Assembly (NCBI RefSeq): GCF_009914755.1
Contig: NC_060925.1
Length of the DNA: 64,000 nucleotides
Strand: one strand, 5' to 3'
Source of the DNA: the human T2T-CHM13v2.0 reference genome, Homo sapiens
Below are positions 34,637-58,100 of the stretch, in pieces (positions within the stretch are counted from its first letter, which is position 1; each line of letters opens with the position of its first letter). Position numbers and translations under genes: made by a program. The notes under the pieces were generated by a model. The model was not told where the DNA came from, did no database searches, and saw only the letters and a program-made list of their open reading frames with translations.

Positions 34637-35376
34637 CCTGAAATCATTTTTTACAACGTTTATGGATGTGCCCTATGGATACTAGATTTAAGAAAATCTA
34701 GTATCATTAAAAATCAAAACTTCAAATAAAGCAATTAGGAAATGGGGATTTACATAACAAAACAGTTGTTGATAAAGTTGTTACTAAAGACCTCCTTTAA
34801 ACTATCAAGCTCCCCAATATATTATTATATAAAATTGCATTTATGAAAATTAGATTTATATATTGCTTTGCAGGGACACCCACCATACACACTGAGCAGA
34901 TGCCCAAAACCGTACTGTGAGTCTTGGTTTTCATTAAGAAGGGTACAACAAGGGCCTTTTCAAAGGGAAAGTTTAACAAGATAAACAAGTATTCTCTTCG
35001 GTAATAATCCTATGGGTTATTAACCTATAACTTAAAAAGAGAAAGAAAACAATAAATAAAGGTTTTGCAATAAGAATAAATGTTGTGAAAATAGGTACAA
35101 GGCAAGGTGTTTTTTATTTGCAATTTGTGTTGCTGACACCTGATTCCAGCCACTTGAGGTGACATAGCAGAGTTACAGCGTGAACTGACTGCTGCCTACG
35201 TGCCCTCACAATAGGTTTCCAGGCTGATAAAGCACTTCAAAGTTTTATCTTTGATCCTCAGATAGGATGCAAACTATTTGAAGTGTGGTAAAGGAAGATA
35301 TTAACACACATTCAAGGAAAAAGACATTGACACCCAGCTGAAATATAGAAGTCCCATCATTACCTCAGGTTAATAA

Positions 35377-35667
<291 letters not shown>

Positions 35668-36221
35668 ACCTCATGTTAATAATTTTAAGCTAACTGACAA
35701 CTGTGAAGCTAAAAGAAGATGATTTTTAAAGTTAACATTAACTATTAACCAAGGTAGTATTCTTTTTTACCCAATAACAGGTGATGAATGAAATTAAAGC
35801 ATTAGAATAATATTTTAGAGCTAGAAAGAACAAACTTTTCTATCAAAGATTTGACTTTTATAGAGATTGTCCATGTTCTACAAATTGGCTTAAATAAGAT
35901 CTTAATTCTAGACAGTGCCAGAACCAGATCTCAAAATTTGCAGTTCAGTGTTTTTTTTCCATCACTCCATACCCATTTGAGTTGTCCAGGACAGACATTT
36001 CTTTCCATAAAGTATTTAATCAGCTATTGTTACAGCTCAGAGCAATATTATTTCTTTGTAGCTAGGTGACTTGCACACATTGTTTTTCAGCAATTGGAGT
36101 GGATACGGTTACATTTAATAACAAAACTAAGATTTCCAGACATAATATGCAGATACAGAGATCATTTTATTTCTAATCTGTGTTATGGTTAGAATAGTGG
36201 CCTGTTTTTAGTCTTGCTTAT

Positions 36222-36774
36222 TTTTTTCTTCAACTTTTATTTTAATTCTGGGGTCCATGTGCAGGATATGCAGGTTTGTTACATAGGTAAACGTGTGCCA
36301 TGGTGGTTTGCTGCACAGGTCATCCCATCACTTAGGTATTTTGCCCGGAATCCATTAGCTATTCTTCCTGATGCTCTCCCTCCCCTCCCCTCAATAGGCC
36401 CCAGCTTGTGTTGTTCCCCCACAGGAGTCCATGTGTTCTCATTCGGCTCCCACTTATAAGTGAGAACATGCAGTGTTTGGTTTTCTGTTCCTGCATTACT
36501 TTGCTGAGTATAATGGCTTCCAACTCCATTCACATCCCTGCAAAGGACATGATCTCATTCCTTTTTATGGCTGCATAGTATTCTATGGTACATATGTACC
36601 ACATTTTCTTTATCCAATCTATCATTGATGGGCAGTTAGGTTGAGTCCATGTCTTTGCTATTGTGAACAGTGCTGCAGTGAATATACGCATGCATTTATC
36701 TTTTGATTTATATTCTTTTGGGTACATACCTCGTAATGGGATTGCTGGATCAAATGGTATTTCTGCCTCTAGGT
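36222..36774 (-). mobile_element. L1PA (about L1PA8-10) 3' fragment
   Basis: ORF2 C-terminus ([10 protein letters not shown]...[11 protein letters not shown]) and 3'UTR; TSD gtctt(g/a)cttatt. Confidence 0.92.
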
Positions 36775-36869
36775 GTCTTACTTATTAAGTACAACATTAT
36801 GATAATTATTTTACACCTCCAAGATCATGTATAGAAACAATAGGAGGAATATAAATGATAATGAATAGG

Positions 36870-37172
36870 TTTTATTTATTTATTTATTTTGAGACAAGGT
36901 ATCACTTTATCATCCAGGCTGTAGTGCAGTGGCGGGATCTCTGCTCTCTGCAACCTCCGCCTCCCAGGCTCAAATGATCCTCCCACATCAGCCTCCCATG
37001 TAGCTGAAACCACAGGCATGCACTACCACACCCGATTAATTTTTGTATTTTTGGTAGAGATGGGGTTTTGGTATGTTGCCCAGGTTGGTCTCAAACTCCT
37101 GAGCTCAAGCGATCCACCCACCTCAGCTTCTCAAACTGCTGGGATTACAGATGTGAGTCACTGTGCCCAGCT
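36870..37172 (-). mobile_element. Alu (AluJ-like)
   Basis: Antisense dimer, (ttta)n tail. Confidence 0.9.
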
Positions 37173-37204
37173 AAGAGTAAGCGTTTTTGCCTAGTAAAAA
37201 CACA

Positions 37205-37984
37205 AACTGTTTTTTTCTCTGATCTCATCCCACAATAATCAACACAGAAGACTTCTGGGACCAATCTCTCACATACCAGCAAACAATCAATTCTGTAGTG
37301 GACACCATCTGGGTATCCTCCAATTCAATTCTGGTAGTACCTGGAGATAGCATCAAATCCCTCAACCTCAGATTGAGGGCTCAGTCACACAAGACTGCCC
37401 CCCACTTTCAATGTCAACCACAAGCCCCAGGTTGCTTCACCTGTGTTTCTATGACTTGGGGTTCCACCACTTCCTCCTTGAGTTTGGTTAATTTGCTAGC
37501 GTGGCTCACAGAACTCAGTTTACAGGTTCATTATAAAGAATATTACAAAGGATACAAATGAAAGGGTGTGAAGGGGGTGCAGGTATGACGGAAGGGGCAG
37601 AGCTTTCATGCATTTCCAGGGTGAGTCACCCTCCATGTATTTGTTTGGCTATCCTGGAACTCTCTGAACCCAGTCCTTTGGGTTTTTATGGAGGATTCAT
37701 TATGTGGGCGTGATTGATTAAACCCTTGGCCAATGATGACCAACTCAACCTTCAGCCCCTCTTCCCTCCCTGGAGATTGGGGGATGGCGCTGAGAGTACC
37801 AGCCCTCTAATCCTGCCTTGATCTTTCAGGTGACCAGTCCTGAAGCTGCCTAGGGGCTGCCAGCCATCAGTCAACTCATTAGCATAAAAAGACACATCAC
37901 TTTGGAGAATCTAAGGATTTTACGAATTATATGCCAAGAGATGGTATATAAACCAAATATATGTTAATATTTAACAGTATCACA
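37205..37984 (-). mobile_element. MER21-type LTR
   Basis: caacacagaagacttctg, gggctcagtcacacaagactgccccc, ends ...tatcaca. Confidence 0.78.
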
Positions 37985-38451
37985 ATTTGAAATTTAGGAA
38001 AATAGAGAGTAAAGAAAGCCTGTTTTGAACAAACTAATAGTAGTTTTGTTAGAATTTGGATAAATGTTTTCCCTGCTTTTCTCTTTCCCCTCTATTTTTT
38101 CTGCATTATTTTATGTATATGAAAGGTATACAATTAAAAAAAAAAAACAAAACGAAGTCCCTTAGAAACATTTACTCTGAGGCTGCTTTACATCCAAGGA
38201 GAAGTAGAAGAAATTTACTCACACTCAGTAGAGATTTCCAAATATTAAATCTTGAGGGTTTTTTTTTTCCATTTCTTATTCATTAGCAGAACAGCTGAAT
38301 CATGATGGTTGAGATAACTGATAAAATTTCTATTGCTTTTTTTGTCTCCTTGGAAGGAAGGTGCTTTGTAAGGTATTATTTGTTTATGTTTAAGAACTTA
38401 TTTATTTCTCCTCTTAGTAGTTTATTGTCTAACCAAGTGCTTTTAGATATC

Positions 38452-38748
38452 TTTCTTTTTGTTTTTTGAGACAGAGTCTTGCTCTGTCACCCAGGCTGGA
38501 GTGCAGTGGTGCTATCACAGCTCAGTGCAGCCTTGACCTCTCAGGGCTCAAGCGTTCCTCCCATCTCAGCCTCCCTAGTAGCTGGGACTACAGACATGCA
38601 CCACCATGCCTGGCTAATTTTTGTGTATTTTGTAGAGGTGGGGTTTCACTGTGTGCTCAGGCTGGTCTCGAACTCCGAGGCTCAAGCGATCCACCTGCCT
38701 CGACCTGCCAAAGTGCTGGGATTACAGGAATGAGCCACCATGCCTGGT
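38452..38748 (-). mobile_element. Alu (AluJ-like)
   Basis: Antisense dimer. Confidence 0.9.
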
Positions 38749-39959
38749 CATGGGTATATCTTTGATCATTCCCACAGTATGCCAAAAGCAATGACTGACA
38801 TTATTGATGAGATTAATAAGTAAAGAAAGTTGGCATATAAGAAATAATAAACCTTAAGACATGAGAGAGTAAAAGTCCCCCTGAAGTTTGAATTCCGAGG
38901 TCTACATATTCCTGGTGTCAGTGCTCCCACCAGATCTGACTAGATGGTTTGATGATCCTAGTTGGCTCAGGATCACATTGCCAGGCCACCAGTATTACTG
39001 AAAACACAGGACAGTTAGATGTAATAAAAACAAATGTTTTGACAGCCTTCTGCATGCTGAATATGCTATGTTCTTGTCTTTCAAGAGACATGGCAACTGC
39101 TTGAAACACAGAGATGTGTCAAAACTTTCATATTTACTTTAGGATTCAGAGCTCCCCCAGGAATGGCAAGTTGCATATCCTGTAATGAAATTTTATCTTG
39201 TGTAAGGCACAAACGCCCTGAATATTCATTCCTTTTGTTTTCTTTTCTGCAAAGAGACAAGCACAGAGACCCAGAGGAAAGCTTGGCCTGGAGCCAGCAC
39301 AGGAGTCAGATGTGATGTGTGGTTTGGATTTTTAGAGAGCGTTTCCAGCATCTGCTTGCTTGGTTGACCAATAGTGTTGGGCAACAATCAGTAAGGCCGA
39401 GTTGCCAGGACTTCTCTAGGGCAGTGCAGAGGAAGGAATTTAAGGGACGGAGAGATTAAAATGCTGAAATAGGTTTATCGTGCTGACTGGCAGCCTCCTT
39501 GTCCCCAAATCCAGAGGGCATCCCCTTCTCTAAGATGCTGAGAAATGCACCGATGAGGGAAGACCCACAACCTTGAAGAGCTCTGTAGTCACTGTTCTCA
39601 GGCCTGGTATTGGTGGAAGATGTTGCCATTGAAATGTGCTCCCTGATTTTAGAGGACAATGAAATCCCAGGGACAGTAAAACCACCAAAGGCCAGGTGGG
39701 CAAATGATTTTCATGGGTAGTTAGAACTAAGCAGTAATCTGAGTGTTTTGTACCACAAGATTTTTGGGGTGACTAGTTTGTCACTGTATCCTTAGGAATG
39801 AAATAGGTGGGCAGCCTAGCTTGATCTACTTAATAGCAATCATTTAAGTTTTGTTCCAGTTATCTATCATTTCAAAACTTAGGAGGTTGAAACAATGATT
39901 AATTGTAATTTCAGACATTCTGTGGGTGGTTTGTTTTCTTTTTTATTTGGTAGAACATG

Positions 39960-48158
<8,199 letters not shown>

Positions 48159-48159
48159 T

Positions 48160-48548
48160 CTGTTAAAGAAATACTTTAGAGATATTAAATTTAATAGAGT
48201 TTAACTGAGCAAAGAATGATTCATGAATTGGGTTGCCCCCTGAACCAGAAGAGCTTCAGAGGGACTCTGGCACTACTTTGTGGTCAGTGAGGATTTATGG
48301 ACAGAAAAAGGAAAGTGATGTACAGAAAATGGGTGAGATGCGGAAACAGCTAGATTGATTACAGCTTGGCATCTGCCTTATTTGAACAGTTAACTGCCTA
48401 TGATTGGCTGGAACTCAGTGATTGGTACAAGGGTAGGTTACGGTCTGTTTACATAGCCACATCTCATTAGGTTACAGTTCATTATGTATGGAGAAACCTT
48501 TAGGCCAAACTTACAAGGAGGCGGCTTTAGGCTGAACTTAATTTTGCA
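48160..48548 (-). mobile_element. 5' LTR of the MER4-group ERV1
   Basis: Adjacent to the PBS; tgttaaagaa...ttaaatttaatagagtttaactgagcaaagaatgattcatgaattggg. Confidence 0.7.
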
Positions 48549-48993
48549 TTATTTTACGTGTTTTTTGGTTTAATTCCTTTCTAGGTATTTTATCCTTTTT
48601 GTTGCTATTGTAAATGGGTTTTCTCTATCATCTTATTAGCTAACTAGTTATCGTTTGTTTATATGAAAGCTAATAATTTGTATATGTTAGCATTATAGCC
48701 TATTACTTTACTGAATTATTTTATTGTTTGAGTTAGTTATATCATTGACTATCAAGAATTTTACTGGTACATGATCAAATCATCTGCAAATAGAAATGGT
48801 TTAGCTTCTTTTCAATTCTTATCTGTACAATCTGTTATTTCTTCCTATTACGTAGTTAATTAATATCTCCAGTATGCTGTTGAACGTGGTGGTGATAATG
48901 GGCATCCTTGCCTCGTTTCTTATCCTATTAGAAATGCTTCTAGTGCTTTAATGTTTTTCCATTAAGCAAGACGCTGCCTTTGGGACCTTTAGG

Positions 48994-48999
48994 ACATAT

Positions 49000-49053
<54 letters not shown>

Positions 49054-49149
49054 GTATATATATACACATACACACACATATATTAACAAAATATATATAT
49101 ATACATATATATATACATATATATATACATATGTATATATATATATATA

Positions 49150-49193
<44 letters not shown>
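48994..49193. repeat. Compound (TA)n/(TACA)n/(TG)n microsatellite
   Basis: Direct inspection; about 20 TG units at 49153-49190. Confidence 0.95.
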
Positions 49194-49194
<1 letters not shown>

Positions 49195-49590
49195 AAATAC
49201 CCAAAGCAGAATGGTCTCGCAAGATGGCCGAATAGGAACAGCTCCGGTCTACAGCTCCCAGCGTGAGCGACACAGAAGATGGGTGATTTCTGCATTTCCA
49301 TCTGAGCTTTGAAGAGAGCAGTGGTTCTCCCAGCACGCAGCTGGAGATCTGAGAACGGGCAGACTGCCTCCTCAAGTGGGTCCCTGACCCCTGACCCCCG
49401 AGCAGCCTAACTGGGAGGCACCCCCCAGCAGGGGCAGACTGACACCTCACACGGCCGGGTACTCCAGCAGACCTGCAGCTGAGGGTCTTGTCTGTTAGAA
49501 AGAAAACTAGCAAACAGAAAGGACATCCACACCAAAAACCCATCTGTACATCACCATCATCAAAGACCAAAAGTAGATAAAACCACAAAG

Positions 49591-50607
49591 ATGGAGAAAA
49601 ACCAGAGCAGAAAAACTGGAAACTCTAAAAAGCAGAGTGCCTCTCCTCCTCCAAAGGAACGCAGTTCCTCACCAGCAACGGAACAAAGCTGGACAGAGAA
49701 TGACTTTGACAAGCTGAGAGAAGAAGGCTTCAGACAATCAAATTACTCCGAGCTATGGGAAGACATTCAAACCAAAGGCAAAGAAGTTGAAAACTTTGAA
49801 AAAAATTTAGAAGAATACATAACTAGAATCACCAATACAGAGAAGTGCTTAAAGGAGCTGATGGAGCTGAAAACCAAGGCTCGAGAACTACATGAAGAAT
49901 GCAGAAGCCTCAGGAGCTGATGTGATCAACTGGAAGAAAGGGTATAAGTGATGGAAGATGAAATGAATAAAATGAAGGGAGAAGGGAAGTTTAGAGAAAA
50001 AAGAATAAAAAGAAACGAGCAAAGCGTCCAAGAAATATGGGACTATGTGAAAAGACCAAATCTACGTCTGATTGGTGTACCTGAAAGTGACGGGGAGAAT
50101 GGAACCAAGTTGGAAAACACTCTGCAGGGTATTATCCAGGAGAACTTCCCCAATCTAGCAAGGCAGGCCAACATTCAGATTCAGGAAATACAGAGAACGC
50201 CACAAAGATACTCCTCGAGAAGAGCAACACCAAGACACATAATTGTCAGATTCACCAAAGTTGAAATGAAGGAAAAAATGTTAAGGGCAGCCAGAGAGAA
50301 AGGTCGGGTTACCCTCAAAGGGAAGCCCATCAGACTAACAGCAGATCTCTCGGCAGAAACTCTACAAGCCAGAAGAGAGTGGGGGCCAATATTCAACATT
50401 CTTAAAGAAAAGAATTTTCAACCCAGAATTTCATATCCAGCCAAACTAAGCTTCATAAGTAAAGGAGAAATAAAATACTTTACAGACAAGCAAATACTGA
50501 GAGATTTTGTCACCACCAGGCCTGCCCTAAAAGAGCTCCTGAAGGAAGCACTAAACATGGAAAGGAACAACTGGTACCAGCCGCTGCAAAATCATGCCAA
50601 AATGTAA
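49591..50607 (+). pseudogene. L1 ORF1p, 338 codons, two internal stops (49918, 49945)
   Basis: MEKNQSRKTGNSK...REKG...ARREW...YPAKLS...QNHAKM in a single frame. Confidence 0.95.
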
Positions 50608-50670
50608 AGACCATCGAGACTAGGAAGAAACTGCATCAACTAACAAGCAAAACAACCAGCTAACATCATA

Positions 50671-54495
<3,825 letters not shown>

Positions 54496-54907
54496 ACAAT
54501 GAGAACACATGGACACAGGAAGGGGAACATCACACTCTGGGGACTGTTGTAGGGTGGGGGGAGGGGGGAGGGATAGCATTGGGAGATATACCTAATGCTA
54601 GATGACGAGTTAGTGGGTGCAGCGCACCACCATGGCACATGCATACATATGTAACTAACCTGCACATTGTGCACATGTACCCTAAAACTTAAAGTATAAT
54701 AATAATAAATAAATAAATAAATAAAATAAAATAAAAATAAAATAAAATACCCAAAGCTGGAGTTTGCATCTCCTGCAATGTTGCCATATACTGCCAGGGT
54801 CTGCCTGACCTAGTCGGATATCTGAGTCTGACTATATATATATAAAGGTATCGATTAATTTCTTTTTTCTTCCTTTTTTTTTTAACCAGGAATGGATGAT
54901 GAATGTT

Positions 54908-55887
54908 GTGATATTTTAAGGTACATATTTGGTGTTTGACCCATTTCCTGGCATACAACTTCTAAAATTCTTGGAATTTCCAAAGTGATGTGTCTTTTTT
55001 ATGCTATTGGGTTGACTGATGGCAGGCAACTCCTAGGTAGCTTCAGGTGGGGGCTGGTCACCAAAAAGACCAATGCAGGATTAGAGAGTTGGGATTTTCA
55101 GCCCCACTGCCCAATCTCCAGGGAGGGGAGATGCTGAAGGTTGAGTTGATCACCAGTGGCCAGTGGTTTAATCAATCATGCCTATGTAATAAAGCCTCCA
55201 TAAAACTCCAAAGGGACTGGGTTCAGATATCTTGTGGATAGCTGAATATGTGGCGGTTTCAGTGCCCAGGGAAGGCATGGAAGCTCTGCTCCCCTTGCCA
55301 TTCTGTAATTCTTTGTACTATCCTTTTTTTGTTTTTGGCATGCACCAACACGCTCGGCTAATTTTTTTATTTCTACTTTTTGTAGAGATAGGGGTTCTCA
55401 CTATGTTGTCTAGGCTGATCTCAAACTGTTGGCCTCAAGCAATCCTCCCACCTCGGCCTCCCAAAGTGCTGGGATTTACAGGTGTGAGCCACCACGCCCA
55501 GCCTGTAATATTCTTTATAATAAACTGGAAAAACATAAGTAAGTTCTATGAGCCACTCTAGCAAATTAATCAAACCCAAGGAGAGGTCATACGATGCCTG
55601 TTTTATAGTCAGTCAGTTAGAAGCATGGGCAAAACAACCTGGGGCTTGCTACTGGCATTGGAAGTGGGAGCAGTCTTATAGAACTGACCCAACTGTGGGA
55701 TCTGACCCTATCTCCAGGTGGATGTTGTTAGAACTGAATTGAAGCATACTCAGCTTGTGTCTGCTGTAGATTTGATTGCTTGCTTGCTGTGTGGAGAAAT
55801 CCCCACACATTTGGTCATGGAAGTCTTCTGTGTTGATTGTAGTATGAGAGTGGAGGAAGACCAGTTTGAGTTTTTTGTACTCTCAGA
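54908..55887 (+). mobile_element. MER21B-type LTR with an Alu fragment (about 55335-55503)
   Basis: tgtgatattt...ttcctggcatacaacttctaaaattcttggaat; catttggtcatggaagtcttctgtgttgattg. Confidence 0.8.
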
Positions 55888-56586
55888 AGATGTTAAATAT
55901 TATAAAAGGTTTTATAGCCTCTATGGAGACAATTACATGATTTTTCTCCTCAAATCTACTAATATGGTGTATTAATTGCATTAATGGGTTTCCTAATATT
56001 CCTAATTTGCTGGGTTTTCAGCAAATCAACTTTGAATTGCTGGAATAATTGCCACTTGGCCATGGTGTATTATTTTCTTAATGCGGTGTTGAATTCTGTT
56101 TATAAACAGTTTATTTTAAAATTTTGCATCAATTTTCATACATAATATTGGTTTGTAATTTTATTTTTTTCTGCTCTGTAACAAGTTCAGGAATCAATAT
56201 TATACTTGCTTCACAAAAATAATTAGGAAAATATCCTTCATTTGCTCCGGAACAATGTAGAGATTACCTTATCTTTGAAGTTTTGGTAGAATTTCTCTCT
56301 GAAATGATCTAGGTCTCGTGCATTTTGGAGGATAGTTCCTTGATAACTTCCTCCACATATTCTATAGATACTAATCTGTTTAAGCTATGTAAATTTCAAC
56401 AAGTCAATTTTGGCTAACTGTATTTCCTCAGGACGTTATCCATTTCACCTAATTTTTCAAATTTATTTGCACAGTTTTCAAAATAGCCTCTTGTGATTTA
56501 TTTTCTCTTGTTTCAATAGTTATTTCTCCTTATTTCTTATTTTGTATTTTTGAATTCCTTCTTCTTTTTTTTCTTAAGTTAGCTAA

Positions 56587-56747
<161 letters not shown>

Positions 56748-57788
56748 TGAGACTACAGGCACATGCCACCACACCTGGCTAATTTTTGTATTTTTAGAAG
56801 AGACGGGATTTCACTATGTTGGCCAAGCTGGTCTCAAACTCCTGACTTCGTGATCTGCCTGCCTCAGCCTCCCAAAGTGCTGGGATTACAGGCGTGAGCC
56901 ACCGCGCCTGGCCAATTAACTTTAAACACCAGGAATTTGATTTGAAATAGATCTAACTAGATCTATTTTTTTTTTCCTGTCACACTAATTTCTTTTAGCT
57001 TCAATTTTTCTTTTGTTGTGTTTTCTTTCTTTTTTTTTCTGGCTTTCTGAGCTGGGAATTTAATTCATTTATTTAAAATCTTTGATTTTTATTGGTAAAT
57101 GTGATTAAGGCTATGAATTTCCCTATGGTTACTGCTTTAAATAATCATATTTCAAATATCTCATATATTCTGATACACTGTGTTTTAATTATCAATATGT
57201 TTTAGAAATTTTATAATTTCATTTTATCTTTCTCTTTTCATCCAAGAGTCCTTAGAGAAAGCTTTTACATTTCTAGGTGAAATGGGCTTTTTTTGCTGCT
57301 TTTGTTGTCAATAATTTCTAGTTTTATTACACTGTGAACAAAAATTTGTTTTGATGGAATATTTGGTAATATTGGTAGAATATTCGGTAATATTTCTACT
57401 TTATGGAACTTACTGATATTTTCTTTATGACCTGACATATAATCAATTTTGGGAATGATCCTTGTACCTTGAGAAGAAATTGTATTTTCTATTGTCAGGC
57501 TGAAAACTTTCATATACATTCTTAAGATGTACCGTATTGATTATAGTGTTTAGTTCTTCTATATCTTCATTTTAGTTCTATATCTTCATTTTAGTTCACT
57601 AGCTCTGTCTTATTCCCAGGGGGAATTACTAATCTCCCATTAGTAATGTGTTTTTATCTGTTTCTTGGCATCTCTTGTGATTATTATTTTATAATTGTGG
57701 TGGATTTTTTTTTTGCATTATTTGATGTGATTCATGATAGAAATAGCTTCATTGTGATTTGTGACTTTTAGTTTTAAAAAGTATGAAC

Positions 57789-58100
<312 letters not shown>

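Noticed and set aside
48980-49588. Tyr/Ile/His/Thr-rich ORFs
   Set aside because: Artefacts of the (TA)n/(TG)n microsatellite and antisense L1 5'UTR
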